Of a DNA stretch of 64,000 bases, positions 1 to 13,879 are shown piece after piece. Below the pieces are notes generated by a model that was given only the letters and a program-made list of their open reading frames with translations, was not told where the DNA came from and did not search any database. The DNA is from Moniliella sp. 'wahieum'. Its lineage: Eukaryota. The first letter of the stretch is position 1. Every line of letters begins with the position of its first letter. The stretch lies in NCBI GenBank assembly GCA_003971905.1, contig RSEE01000041.1, positions 310,001 to 374,000 of the forward strand. Direction: 5' to 3'. The translations under genes were made by a program, and so were the position numbers.

Positions 1-67
1 AACTTCAACTTCCCACCCGGCGCCTCGCACGCCCTCCCCACCACCTCCTCCACCGCCCCATCGCACG

Positions 68-3000
68 ATGCTGCGCGGCCACAAGGGAGACACGTATGCG
101 CGCGACCTGCAGGACGCCCGCATGCGTGGCGCCTGGGACGCCCCCGCCTCCCCCCCCGCCGCCAAGCACTCCAAGCTGGGCAAGCCCAAGCCCAAGGCCG
201 AGTTTGCTGTTGCGCCGTCTCCCACCTCGCGCGTAAGCTCTCCAAGCCACAGCGGGGGCGTAGGCGACGTTGCCTCGGCCGAGTTTGAGCTGCGCGCGTT
301 CCTGCGTGCGTACTGGGACGAGGTGGGCTGGAACGCCCGCAGCCACGCCTCGGACTTTGCCCGCCCCGCCCATGTTGGCCACACTGCCTTCCCCCCGCCC
401 GTGCCGCAGTCGGGATCGGGCGCGACCTGGGGCAGCGACAAGTACGCTGGCATCCTGTCCAACCTCGATGGGCTGTACAAGCGCCAGCACCGAGGCCCAG
501 AAGAACTCGATCCTGCCCATCCTCGCCTACGCCCTGCTGCATGCCGGCCGCGAGGAGGAGGCAGTGATGGTGCTGCACGATGCGCATTTCATCGAGTCGC
601 TCTCGATTGAGGAGATGCGATCGACGAGTCACAGCGGCGACTATGACGTAGTGTTGGTCATCTTGGGCTTTGTCGTGTACGGCATGGCCAACGAGCGCTT
701 GCACCACGCGGACCCCAAGGCAGGCTATGCGCCTTTGCATTTGCCGGGTACGCACGTGCGATTGACTTGTACGACGGGGTGCGGGGCACGCTCAAGGGCA
801 GCACGCCCGACGAGATGGACCGGTGGGGCGCATTGGCACTGTACCGCAACGCGCTCCTGAGCGTTCGCGAAGGCGACACGATCCTCGCGCTCAATGCGTG
901 CGTGCGTACCAGACCCATGCTACCCGCTGGCCGCCCTCGTTTGTCCCAACGGAGCGCGCGGTGATTTACCGTACCTACCTCGAAGTACTCAACCGGTCCG
1001 TTGTCCAGCGCGCATACCAGCCTCCGCTCTCACGCCCGAACCGGGCCAACACGACCCTCGCTCGCAGATCTACCAGATCAAGGTCCTGCAGACGGTCGCG
1101 GCGCGCGTGCCCATTATCAGTGGTGTCAGTGGCGAGAAGGGGGCGCCAATTCCCGTTCGGCCCGGCTCCACCGCTCGCTCGGTCATCAGCCGCACCGTTT
1201 CCTCGTCGTCCCCGCCGGAGCAGCAGCATGCGTCCTGGTTCCTTGGTCTGGGGCGACGAGGTGTACACGGTCAGCGCGGCCCTTTCGCCCATCCTCGCCC
1301 GCTCCAGCGATTTCCCTCGCGCCGGCCAAAACCAATTTGCTCATGCTGGAATTGGCCGATGCCCTGATGACGTCGTGGAAACTCAATGGGCAAGAAGGCG
1401 GACTGGTCGCGGACGACCTGGTGCAAGTACGTATCGTATCCTTCCCCCTACCCCTCGCATCGAATCCCCCCCTCCTTCCTCCCCTCTCTTTCTCCCCCCC
1501 CCCCCCCCCCCACTATCGTCCTGAATACTAACGTCATTCCAGACCTTGTACGTGATGACACGGATGACGTTTGACTCGCACCTCATCACCCGTAGTCTGA
1601 TGGAGGCGCTCACTGTGGCGGAGCAGTACGAGGAGGCGGAACGTGCGCTTGGTCTGTACGTTGAGCTGGTGAACAAGGCGCGCGAGGCGGCGGAGGCCGA
1701 GCGCAAGAATGCGCGCAAACAGAGGAAGATGCCCAGTCGGAAGCCTCGGCCGCGTCGGCCAACAAATTTGACGATCACGACGATAGCGAAACGTATGCGC
1801 GTTCGTTGCTGTTTGGGGCACGGCTACTGGGCAAGGGATGGGTAAGCACCGCGAAGCGACGAGTTGGCTCGCCAGGCCTTGGCCATGGTGGAGACCGACG
1901 CTGAGGTTGCTACCCCCCCCGAGGATGCCGACCAGGAAGAGAAGCAAGCTCATGCGGAGCTCCTGGCGTACATTCAGCGTGGCGCCGGGATTGCGCGCAG
2001 CGCGCTTGCCGCTGCCCAAACCGACCCAGTGCAACGTGCGGCAATGCACAAGGAGGCTCTTGCTCTCCTCACTGCCTCGGCCAAAGGCGACGACCAGGCC
2101 GCCGAGACGTTTTACCACCTCGCCCGTCTACAGACCCAACTGCACGAGATTCCGGCGGCGACAGTGTCGGCGCGCAAGCGGTCGAATTGGAGCCAGCGGC
2201 GATTGAGCCTTGGCACCTGCTTGTCCTGCTGCTTTCGTGCAAGAAAGATTACAAGGGGCTCTGCGCCTGGCCTCGATCGCCCTCGACGCGGCTGACACGG
2301 ACGCAACTCATGATGAGGCGGTGGCCGACCAGGAAGCTGCCTTGGCCGGGTCGGGGGAGGAGCACGAAATCTTGAGGCGGTTGAGTTGCGGACGGAATTG
2401 TTGTCGTATGACTTCCCCCGACCCAAGCGGAGCGGGACGAGGCGGTGCTTGAGCTGCTCATCACGCACAATGCCCTGGAGGAACTTGTGGCCGCACGGCA
2501 GTAGCGATTGATGGACAAAAGGAGATCTTCCTCTACTTTCACAACCATATCGCGAGCGATGTCCAGCAACGTCTGGGCACACCAAGAAGGGACCGCTGCC
2601 CCAGCACGCACTGTCGAACGAGGTGTTGGAAATTGATACGCACCCGCCCGGCTACTTTCACCGCCGGGTCGCGATTCGCTGCGCTTCTGCACGAAGGGCC
2701 GAACGCCAAGCACTCGACTTCCTCAGCCTCGGACCCCGAGGCTGGTGCGTACAGTACCGTCACTGGTCTTGGTCAGACGGGGATCAAAGCACTACGACGG
2801 CCACTGTCGTGCTCGGCACGGAGGATGTAGCTAGTCCCGTTGCGGCCCCGCCTCCTGTTGCCGTCGATGCGGCGACGCAGACGGCGAGCCAGCGCAAAGC
2901 GCGCACCACGCCGGCAGAACTGGCTCGGCTGAAGCAGCAATCCCGCTCGGAAAACAAGATCCTCGCTCGTCTCTGGCTCATGAGCGCCGCCACGTTCCGT

Positions 3001-3604
3001 CGTGCTGGTCAACTGGCCGACAGCCGTGTCGCAATTCAAGAAGCCGAACGTGCCGTGCCCGACTTGGCGGCCGTATGGACCCACTGGCGTTGTACATGCT
3101 GAAAACGACCGGCTCACGCGGCCACCAACAGTTGTACAAGGCCTTGGCCTGTGACCCGCACGCGGTCCCAGCCGCCGTGCACCTGGCTCGCCTCTTGCTC
3201 TCCCGCCCGGACGAGGTACCAGTCGCGTCGTCCAATGCCGTTCGCACCAAGAGGCGCCTCCGCTCAGCCGCACCATCGCCGCTCCTTCCCTCGGCGCGAC
3301 CGCGTCGGACGCCAAGCCCGAAGCGGACGCGGACGCAACCGCGGACGCGGCCCTGTCTCTGCCCAAGGCGTCACTCTGGCAGCGGAGACCAAGTGACGGC
3401 GCTGTCGTTGGCCGAGGCGTTGCTCACCTCGGCCAGCTCAGGAACGGATGGGACGTGGCCGAGGCGTGGCTCTACTTGGGTCATGTCGCCCGCCTGACCC
3501 AACGCCCGGAACGAGCGGTGGAATGTCTCAAGTACGCGCTGTGGTTGGAACAAACCAAGCCCGTTCGCCCGCTCACCGAGGCGCTGCCCTTGTCGCTGGC
3601 GTAA
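68..3604 (+). CDS. YPP1: YPP1/TTC7-like TPR protein (PI4-kinase complex scaffold), broken by several frameshifts; one intron at about 1427-1542
   Basis: Chained ORF pieces give AETFYHLARLQ, PWHLLVLLLS, LARLWLMSAATFRRAGQLADSRVAIQEAE, YKALACDP and a C-terminal ALWLEQTKPVRPL..*, typical of the Ypp1/TTC7 C-terminal TPRs. Intron has GTACGT...TACTAAC...AG. Stop TAA at 3602-3604. Confidence 0.75.
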
Positions 3605-4048
3605 CTCTTTATCGTATCGTATCTTCTTTTGGTCCCCTTGCCTTTCCCTTCCTTTCATTTCCATTGCTTTGCCTTGTCTTTTTTCCTGTGTCCCGTAGTG
3701 GTGCCCCATCTCGAGGCTCGCGTCGTGCTTTGTGCATTGTGCATTGAATGTGCCCTGGTGCAAGGACGCGGTCGTGCGGTTGGTAGCGTTTTGGTTGCGA
3801 GTCTTGGATGGCAGGGGGGGGGAGCATGGTGGTGTTGCTCGTGTCTCTATGATATAGGGTCGCTGAGAGCCAAGGCAGAGAGGCAGGGGCAGGTGGAGCC
3901 GGGATGGAGCCATTCTGTGGCGCCAGAACATTTCATTTGTTCAGCGAAGACTGGGTGCTGGCCGCCTGCTGGGCTGGGCAATAAATGAGGCCTGAGGCTC
4001 CGAGGCCGAAGACGTTACCTCCTCGCTCCCCCCCACCCCCCACCCAGC

Positions 4049-5518
4049 ATGCTCCTCCCTCTGCGCCCGTTGCGGCTGCAGGCCGCCGCGACCACCGCGC
4101 GCCCCATCCCCGTGCTGATTGGCCTTGTGTCCCGTGCTGCCCCCCCCCGCCCACGACGTACGTCTGCCCCCCCGCCCCATGCGGGGCAAGTGCGTGCGTT
4201 GAGTGCGTCGGCCTGGGCCGGGGCCAAAAAGGCACCCAAAAAGGGGCTGCCAAGGGAAAGAAGGGTGTGGCCGAGGGACCCAAGCCCCGACTGGGTCGGG
4301 TGTCCAACAAGTTCGTCTCTTTTCTTCGTTTCTTTTCTCTTCTCTTGGTGTGGCTGCCATGCGCTTCTCGAGTCCCGGCTGACGCAGCTTTAGTTTGAAG
4401 ATGGGCATTGTGGGCATGCCGAATGTAGGCAAAAGTTCCTTGTTCAACCTGTTGTGCCAAAGTGAACAGGCCAATGCGGCCAACTTCCCATTTGCGACGA
4501 TTGAACCCGAGGAAAGCAAGGTGGTGCTTAAAGACGCCCGCTTTGACTTTTTGGTCAACCTGTACGCGCCCAAGAGCGTGGTGCCTGCGCACTTGACTGT
4601 GCTGGACATTGCTGGCCTCACAGCGGGAGCGTCCAAGGGGGCGGGTTGGGGAACGCGTTCCTCTCCAACGTGCGTTCCGTCGACGGCATTTTCCAGGTAG
4701 TGCGCGCGTTTAAGGACGATGAGGTGACCCATGTGGAGGGCGAGGTGGATCCGGTGCGGGACGTGGACATTATCTCGACCGAACTGCGCCTCAAGGATCT
4801 GGAATGGACCGAAAAGGCATTGGAACAGGCCAAGCAAAAGGCCAAGCAGCGCACTACCAACTCGGTCGAAGCGCAGCGCCGCCAAACTGAAAAACAAACC
4901 TTGGAAAAAGTGTACGCGCTGCTGTCGGAGAACCGAGACGTGCGCAAAGGCGAATGGACCGAGGACGAGATTGAGGTGATCAACACCCTCACCCTTCTTA
5001 CCGCCAAGCCGGTCATTTACCTTGTCAATGTCAACGAGACGGACTATGTCGATCCAAGCAAGAACATCTGGATGAAGCAGATCCAACAGTGGGTGGACCA
5101 GAACAACCCTGGTGATATGATTGTGCCAGTGAGCATCGGGCTCGAGCAAACCTTACTCGCCCTGGATTCTCCTGCGGACCAGGAAGCGGCATTGAGGGAA
5201 TTGGGACCCAACGTGCAGAGCGCGCTGACCCAGATCACGGACGCTGGGTACCGGGCACTGGACCTGATTTATTACTTTACTGCGGGCAAAGACGAGGTAC
5301 GTGCGTGGACGGTTCGGCGGGGCACGTTGGCGCCGCAGGCGGCGGCTGTGATCCACTCCGACTTTGAGAAGCGGTTCATCTCGGCCGAGGTGATGCTGTC
5401 TCAAGATTTGATTGCTGCCGGCAGCGAAAGCGCGCTTCGCGCAGCTGGCAAGTACCACAACAAAGGACGCGCATGGGCCGTCGAAGATGGAGCGATCTGT
5501 TTCTGGAAGCTGGGTTGA
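4049..5518 (+). CDS. OLA1: Obg-like ATPase (OLA1/YchF family) with an Arg/Ala-rich N-terminal extension; intron 4311-4393
   Basis: [22 protein letters not shown] (G1), NFPFATIEP (G2), DIAGL (G3), NVNE (G4, NxxE type), and TGS-type C-terminus [27 protein letters not shown]. Confidence 0.92.
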
Positions 5519-5718
5519 ACGTTGACCTAGCCCAAAGGCCCTGAAGGCATGTGGCGGAAGAGCCGAGCTAGGGACCCCCGTGCATGCCAGGGGCCATTTT
5601 CTACGAACGGGTTGAACTGCGTAATTGGGTACGAGGATAAGCAATCCATGGACGGAGGAGGAGGAGGAAGAGGAGGAAGAGGGTCTTCTCATTGAACAAG
5701 CATACACAGGTGGGCACC

Positions 5719-6244
5719 TTAGCCGTACACGAGACGGAAAACGTCATTGTAGACGTAGAACGAGCCACCCTCGGGGTTCAGGGTGAAGGTCTGGGTGAAC
5801 TGGAGTGGCGCAGGCGAGTCGTCCACCAGCAGCTTGCCCGTAACAAGCACGACAATGCTGCTGCTGTCGGCGCCGGTCGGCTGAGCATCCTTGGTGTCAA
5901 CCTGGTGCTTGACCGACTGGAAGGGCAGCGTCTTGAGCTTCTCGATGATGGCCGCTGCGCCCTGGTGCTGGGAGCCCTCAAACGTGAGCATCGAGTGGTC
6001 GCGCTGGGCGGGCGAAAGAGGACAGCGGATGGACAAGGTGAGTGGGTGGCGCAGCAAGAACGCGTGGGAGCAGCGGGGCACAGGAGAGGGATACGCACGT
6101 AGAGGGGCGCCAGGGCGTCGCGCGACGAGTCGAACTGCGAGTAGTAGAAGTTGACAAACTGATGGAATGCGGATCGGAGCAGTCAGTACCCAGACGTCGG
6201 CGGGGGGCGGGGGGTGGGCGTACCTGGTCGGCGATGGACTCCAT
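5719..6244 (-). CDS. NTF2: Nuclear transport factor 2; exons 6244-6224, 6158-6099, 6003-5719
   Basis: Spliced product [37 protein letters not shown]...GSFYVYNDVFRLVYG; both introns are GT..AG. Confidence 0.95.
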
Positions 6245-6895
6245 GGCTGGGCAGCGGCGCGGCGGGTGGTGGTGGCGAGCAGCGGCTGATGTCGGCGTGT
6301 GGGGTGAAGCACACGCCTCTGCCTCGGCTGCTGCCGCCCAGAAGCGCAGAACGCACCCGCCAACCCTACTGTGCCCGCCCCGATGCGAACGCAGCCAACA
6401 CCGCGAGTCACGTGACCCTGCAGTCGGCCATGGCCCGCCTCGATCCTAGATGGCACTGGCCAGGACGCTGTCCGATCTCAGAGGGCTGATGCATCGCTGA
6501 TGCGCTGGTTGCTGGTGCCTACCTGCCTGCCTGCCGGCCTGCCTATACGACCACAGCGTCCAGTGTTTGTTCCCTTGCCCGCTGGGTGGCCACCCGTCGT
6601 CCACCCCTGTTATGGACGCCGCGGAAGACGCATTTGATAGCCGGCTAATGATCATGGTGTCCCAGTAACAGTAAGTGGCAGGGAGGCAGTGGTAGGGAGG
6701 AGAAGAACCGCAGCTGGGCGAAGCGTCGAGTCCAGACGCAGGAATAGGTGAGGCAGAGAAGCGCGGGGGATGGCACAAGCCAGTGGAGGCGGAGGGGGAC
6801 GGGCGTGGTGCCGCAGGACGAAGACCAATGTGATTCTGGACGCTATGTTATGGGCTGGCCCTCGGACCGACCGCCGTGGTGGGCAGCACAAGCCT

Positions 6896-7889
6896 TCACA
6901 TGTTGGGCTGTACGCCGAGCGACTTGGCTTTCGTCCAGGCTGCATCCACCCGATCCAGCATCGACTGCACCAGCTTGACCGCACCCTTTCGTGCCTGTCG
7001 CAGCTCATCCGTCTGGGCATGTACATTGTCCAATGACAACAGCTGGCGCAATAGCAGCTCGGACAGCTTCTTTTGCTGGAAGACAATCTGGTGTAGGTTG
7101 AGGCGACCAGCGGCTGTGGCATTGGGCCCAGTTAAGCGGATGTCCTCCGGTGCCAGCTCTTGCAATGCCTGGGTCTTTTCCAGGCCTTCTTGTCCGACGG
7201 ATGCTACGCTCTTCTCAAGTTGTTCCACTTCGGGCAGCAGCTCCACTTCAGCCACCCGTTGCGCTTCTTGAATCGCCGCAAAATGCCTTGGTCCGACTGG
7301 TCTGCCTCAGCTGCCTTTCGCACTGCTGCAGCGGCTTGTTGCGCTTCAAACTCGGCCGTGGGACGGGAGCTAGCGTGCTCGGCGGCTGCACCGCCATGCT
7401 TGCTTTTGGAATGCGAAGGATGCGGCTGAGTTGTCGGCTGTTGACTCTGTTTGCGAGGAATGCGATCTGGCTTGGCCCGGCTCTCTTTGCCCACCAGCGT
7501 GACTCTACCGCCATCTCTCAACCGATACTTGTACAGCGGCGCGCGGTCGTCCTTCATAAGCACGCCGCCCGCGACGACTTGCATCTGGTCGTATGGGATG
7601 GAGGTGGCAGCCGAGAGCTGCCTCTTGAGATCAGCAAGGGTAGGGGCGTGGACGTTGGCGGCAGGTCAATGTAAAGCCTGCATTGCAGATTGAGTCAGTC
7701 TCATAGACACAAAAATAACGTTGGCGGTGGGGAACCAAATGAGGGTACGCACGTCTGCGGGCCCCAGCGCACCTCGAGCCGGCGGATGGGTTCGGGGGAA
7801 GGAGGGCCGGATTGTCTCGCCGGTGGCGTGGTGGAGGGCGAGTCGAAGCCAGCGCCCCATCGAGGCCAGTTGCCGCTAAACCAGGACAT
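6896..7889 (-). CDS. Ubiquitin-like plus BAG domain Hsp70 co-chaperone (BAG1/Bag101-like); intron at about 7678-7752
   Basis: Ubl-like GGVLMKDDRAPLYKYRLRDGGRVTLVG and BAG domain LSELLLRQLLSLDNV..LRQARKGAVKLVQSMLDRVD. Confidence 0.85.
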
Positions 7890-8554
7890 GGAGGTTGCCG
7901 TCTGTGGACGATACGTCGGCGAGGGGGGGCTGGGGAGGTAGGGGAGGTGCGGAGCGGCGAGGCGAGGCGAAGCAAAGCGAGGGAATCCGGCCTGAGTTCA
8001 ACGTTGAACATTCAATAGGCAACCGCAGTTCAAAAGGCCCGGTGGCTAGAGCGTGGTTTGAAACATTCAGTGCGTCATCCAGACTTCTTGACACATGTCA
8101 CATGTCATGCTCGGCGCTGACACCGAGGGGGTGGCTGTGGTTGTCTTTTTTCAGAGGGACATACCAAGTTGAGAGCTGACTCGGAGAAGTGAGAGTTGAG
8201 AATTCTGGCGTCGAGCGCGGATTGAAGGGCGTGGATTCCAGGCATATGGAACGGTATGCGTTGGTGCACTTATACCACCCAACGCTGCTGGGGGCAAGTC
8301 GTGTTCGGCTTAGGTCGCGGAGAACGCGTTGGGTATGGGACCCCATTTTGCTCCTGTTCCATCTGGTGTGTTTGGTGTGGGGGGCCGATGTCGAAGAACG
8401 GCAAGGAGCGGGCGAAGTGCTTCAGCTCCACCACGTTGGGGCGATGGAAGCCACACTGTAGTCCTAACTAGCACTCTAGGACTAACTTGACATGGATCGC
8501 ACTGCGGGCTCAACAACTATACGCGGGATGGAAGGCATAAAATGGAAATGACGT

Positions 8555-11500
8555 CTACAGCACCGAATAGCGCCCAGGCGCACTAGGGCCCCGAGCATCC
8601 GCCTCAAATACAGCCTGGTCGCTTCAAGGAGGATCATCTTGATCTCCCGGATCGCATGTTCGATGCGCTCGGGTTCGTTGGACTCGATGAGCAGTTGAAG
8701 CTTGGGTGGGTCGCCCAAGTTAGGCTCTTTGCCCTTATCGTAGAACGCGCCTTTGGAGGTGACCGATGCTCCAGTAGTCTCGACCAACATAGTCATCGTC
8801 TCCTTGTTCGTCACGCGCCAGCGGGATTTCTGGGGGAAGTCGTTGATGGGGATGATGGCATGGAAGTCGGTCGCGTCGGGGTCCTTGGGTCGGCGCGCAG
8901 GGACAAAGCCCTGGGCAGCGAGGCTGGCCTGACGAGCTTCGTGTGCTCCTTGATCTTCGACAGGGCGGCCAAGAGCTTGGAGGTATCTGCGCCACTGGCC
9001 GCGGCCGACTTGATCGCTGCCTCCATCATGCTCTGTTGCTGCGCCGAGCGGTTCAAGTTGGCATCCTCCGGGGGAGCCTGGATCTTGTTTTCTTTGATAA
9101 AGTCGGCGCAGGGCCCTTGCGCACCTCGATCACCATATCGTTGATGCCGCTTGATTCCTCACCACCTTCCGCCGCCCCCCGCAGCACCGGCACCCTCCTT
9201 GGCGCTTTCCTTGCCTGCTGCCGCCGCCTCCGCCGCTTCTTCGTCACCTGCTTGGCCAAGGTCGACTGTTGTGCCTGCAGCGCTTTCTTGCGGTCCGAAT
9301 CAAGACGCTCCAGACCCTTGCCACGGAAGCCCGAGCCAGACGCATGAGCCTTCCCAGTCTGTACTTCTCACCAAATTTGGTAGCCAAAGCTTGCAGCTCG
9401 GGAGGAACAGCAGTGTTGCTCGCCTTCAGTGCCGACACAATGTCGCGAGCGAAACGTCTTGTTGGGGTGTGATGAATGTAACCACTGTCCCACGGTTGCC
9501 CGCACGCCCCGTTCGCCCCGCCCGGTGCACATAGTCTTCCAGGTGGTTTGGCACGTCATAGTTGATCACCAACTGGAGCTGCTTGACGTCCAGCCCACGC
9601 GCCGCGACCGAAGTGGCAGTGACAATCGGGACGACCCCTGCCTTAAAGTCAGCAATGGTCGAGTCGCGGTCCACTTGATCTTTGCCGCCATGGATGGACA
9701 TGGTAGGGTACCCTTTCCGCATCAACTCGCGCAACAGGTCGTCCGCCGACTCTTGCCGTTCCACAAAGATCAGCGTACGGGCATCCTCATCATCATTGTA
9801 CGTCTTGCCCAAGATTTCGAGCAAGCGGGTGAACTTGGTGTCCTCCTCGCGCACCTCAACCAGTTGCTCAATTTCCGGCGGAACCACGCTCTTGCCCCCC
9901 ACGACAATCTCGAGAGGCTTGTGTTTGAGAACCTTGCGCGCCAAGCTCTCCATCTGCTTGGGGAAAGTCGCAGAGAATAAAACAGTTTGACGTTCAGGGC
10001 GAATGTTGTTGACAATGTTGGTCACCTGCGGTTCAAATCCCATATCAAACATCCGATCTGCCTCGTCCAGAACCAGGTACGTTACCCGGTGCACGTTGGT
10101 CACCCGCCCCGAGTTGGCTGTCAAGAGGTCAATCATCCGTCCCGGCGTCGCAACCACAATCTCGGCCGTCTTCTTCATCTCGGCGATTTGTTCCGAAATG
10201 GGCACACCACCATAGACACTAACTGCTCGTAAGCCCAGACCACGCAGAAATGGACGACACTCGCGGTAGATCTGCACGGCCAACTCGCGAGTTGGAGTCA
10301 TGATCAACGCAATGGGACCTTCGCCCGGCTCGAGTGGACGTTGGTCTTTGATGTGCCGCAGCATTGGTAACAGGAACGCCATCGTCTTTCCCGATCCCGT
10401 CTTTGCCACCCCAATCACGTCCCGGCCGGACATGATGGCTGGATGGCCTGGGCTTGGATGGGCGTCAGCTTCTGGTAGCCCAGCTGCTTGATCACCTCCA
10501 CCGTGTTGGCCGGTAAACCAAGATGACTCCACTTGGTAATTGGCCGTGGGCAGTCCTTGCCACGAATTGAGATGCCGTCCAACTCGCGCCGAAGCTCGTC
10601 CGCCTCTTCATCGCTCATCTCCTGCACTTCCGCAGGCGGGTGGTAGAAGGCTTTACGGAACGGCTCATACTCTTGCTTGCTGTGGTCCGTCTGCGGCATA
10701 CCTTTCTTCTTGATGTTCTTGGCCGCTGCCGTCATGATGGCATCAATATTGGACAGCTTGCCCAGCTGGTCTTCCTCCTCTTCCTCGTCCAGGTCTTCCT
10801 CAGCATCGGATTTGCCGTCGAGCTCCTTCCGTGCATCCGTCGTACCATGCGATGCGCCCACTCGTGTCCGATCCATCTCGTCCACCTGTTTCACCTCTTT
10901 CTGACCGAGGCCATATAGGCTTCCAGTGGATCCTCCTCTTCCAGAGAATCGACCTCCATAGCGTCGGCCACGATGGGCGCAACATTGTCTTTAGACAGGA
11001 CCGGCTCGTCGCTCAAGGCCGAGCCGGAGGAACGGTTGAGCAGCAGGGACAACGATGGTTTCTTAGGAGCTTCTTCCTCAGCCATATGCGACAACTTGAA
11101 TGGGGTTGTGGACTTGCGGGACGTAGACCCCCCCACGAAGAGCAAATCCCTTGACTCGGCCTGTCTGCAGGCTGGCCGGCTCTGGAGGAACGGAAACAAC
11201 AAAAACAAAGACAAAACAAGTCAGTTTGGCAACATTCAACGTCAATCGATCAGGAGGAAAACGTACTGGCCGGTGGGGGTGGGGCACGCGGTCGCAGAAG
11301 GGCCCTTGGCGGACAGGCTCGGATTGGCACTCTTATTTGCCTCTTCTTCTTTTTTGGCCCGCCGCCACGCCTCGAGTCGGGCCTTCTTGGAAAGCTTGTC
11401 GGTCTCCTTCGGGGCCGGCGTAGTGGTGCTGGAGGGGTGGATGCTGAAGCAGGAGCAGGGGCAGGAGAGGTACCCGCCGCCGCCTCAGCAGGGGAAGGTG

Positions 11501-11995
11501 CAGGGGTGTGGTGCTAGGGGCGGAAGAGGGCGCTGAGGGAGCTGACGCGACCGAAGGCAGAGGCGCACCACGCGGAGAGCTCGTGGCGGTGGGCCGGGCG
11601 GGGGAGCAGGGGCAGGAAGAGGGGCGCGGAGTGGCCTGGTCGAAGCGGGACCGGCGCGAGGGCGGGGGCGGGCGGCAGGGGGCAGACGGTCGGGAGCAGG
11701 ACGCTTGAGGCTGCCGCTGTGCCAGCGGCTGCGGGGCGGAGCGTCATGGGACTGCTCACGAGGCACCGAGGAGGCAGAAAGGGGAGTGGTCAGGGGGGGC
11801 TGCGGGGCGCGGGGCGCAGTGGCCGGCAGGCTTACTCATGGTGGCGCTCGATGCCGCCGCTGCCGACGGCGACGGAGACGGCAAGGACGCCTCCGCTGCG
11901 GCTCGGGCCCCCGCACGCGGACGGGGGGCATGGCGCCCGTTCCCAAGACCACCGCCAACACTCGGCGAGGCGTTCTGGCGGCGGTCCCAGCTCAT
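8555..11995 (-). CDS. PRP5: Pre-mRNA-processing DEAD-box helicase PRP5/DDX46 (start approximate; introns near 11.8 kb and 11.2 kb)
   Basis: [30 protein letters not shown] and HRAGRTGR motifs; N-terminal RLEAWRR and [11 protein letters not shown]-terminal KH-like [24 protein letters not shown]. Confidence 0.93.
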
Positions 11996-12293
11996 GGCAG
12001 GTGCAAGTGCGTGCGGAATGCAGCAGCCAGCGGCGATGGTTGCCCAAATGCCGCCGAGGGCGCCCAGCAGGCGCAGCGGGGGCCCTTGGCGGGTTACGTC
12101 AGCTGCGCCCTGCTGCTGGTTCCGTCGGGCGTTTGCATGCCCTCAGAGAAGAAAAAGCAGCAGCAACCCTACTTATCTTAGCAGCCCCGATGGTGTCCAT
12201 CATCATCATGCATCATGCACCATGGCCCCCCTGCAGCCCATGGTCGTCTACGTCTCGGCTACGAATGGGGACTGGGACGGCTAACATCAGATC

Positions 12294-13879
12294 TCAGACG
12301 AGGGAAGCTGTGGGATGCGATGGCAGGGAAATTGAATTGGTACACATGAGTGAGAGAGATGCAGGCCGAGGCAAGGGGAGTGGGAACGAGGCGGGGGAGC
12401 AGGGGGATGGCATGGTAGCTGCCACCTTAATTTTCATCCGTCGGGAACAGTTAAGGCTGCCAACTCGGGATCGGCACACGTGGTGGCCCAGCCCGGGAAG
12501 CCAACTGGTACGGCGCAAGGTGCGACGGGTTGCAGCGAGTGCTGCAGAGGCAGCAAGGGAAGGCTGGGAGTACATGAGCGCACGGGCCATACTGAGGGGG
12601 TCGGGCGTGCTAGCAAGGTAAGGCGCCGACTTGGCATCCGCACGAGGAGGCGGTAGGCACGTAGGCGCCCAGACGTATGGTGCAGCGTTCCAGCCAGTCC
12701 CGGGGTGGAGGCATGGTGTCCATCGGGCTGGAAAAGGAACTAACCATAGGGGGCGGCAGCAAGGTGCGCGATGCATCCCCCAGTGGGCAGACGGGTGGGG
12801 TAAAGGTAAACTCGCCCGTGGGCACTCGCACAGGTTGGGGTGAGATGGGGGAATAGACACCGTTCCCGGGCACGGACAGAGACGCCGTCCGTTGGTTCGC
12901 AGAGGCGAGCACACTGGGTAAGGCGGTGTGGCAGGCGAGGACGCGAGGAAGGCCAAGGGACTAGCTGCCGGTGATGCATACCGGAGCGCTTGTTGCTGCG
13001 CAGCCAAATCGGACGCTTGGACTTCCGAAGCGCGCTGAGCCAGCAGATGGGTTACATGCGTCCCCCACGTAGCAAGTTGGTCGGAAGTAACGTGAATGCT
13101 AAAGCCTAGGCCGGCCCATAGTTGCGCTTCACACGCCGTGACAAGCTTAGTCGGGAGCGATACAATGTCTGCCCACGTTTTGCTCGTATAGGTATGGTCC
13201 TCAAGCAATTTGTTTGCCAACACCAGCCCGGCCACGGATGCACGGTACTCGGACTGAGTTCCTCCGAGTACTTCCGGGTGGAGATGTTTAAAGCGTCGGA
13301 CATACAGTCTGCGCCCCAACTTGTCGTCAGTATATGAAAACAGGAGCGTAAGGACATGACTTACAAGGCCACCAACAATGAATCATGTGTTGGTCGCAAG
13401 CTGCGAAAGACCTCCCGTAACCCGAGACAAACTGAGGACAGGGCCGTAAACGGCGACTGGTCCGGTCCTCCGCAAGAGGAGGAAGAGGGGAGGTGCTGCC
13501 GGGTAGGAGACCGTGGGTCAAAGCGGTGTAGGAAGTCGTTGGCTCGGAAGACTAGGCCAGGCGGGCCTGGAGAGAACCACAGGGAACAGACAACTTCGGC
13601 AAACCACTTTGCCATTTCCGTGTAGGAAGGACGAGTGGATCGTGCACGGGGTCGCTTGGCTGTGGGTTGAATAGCGGGCAAGGGCAGTGCCTCGGGGTGA
13701 ACGACGGGTGGATAGTCAGCGCATGGAGGCTGCAAGGGGTGGTAGTGGTGGGCAGGAGGGGATGGATGGGAATGGGATGCCTTGCGCTTTGGCCTGGACA
13801 GTGCCGCAGGAATGGGATACTGGACGGAAGCGGGAAGGGAGGACATGGAAGCGTAGCGATTGGTCTCCATAGTGGTCAT
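12294..13879 (-). CDS. Cyclin-box protein (Pcl/Clg1/Pas1-like) with low-complexity tails; ends approximate
   Basis: Cyclin-fold motifs AKWFAEVVCSLW, HDSLLVAL.YVRRFK and YRASVAGLVLANKLLEDHTYTSKTWADI..EAQLWAGLGFSIHV. Confidence 0.75.
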
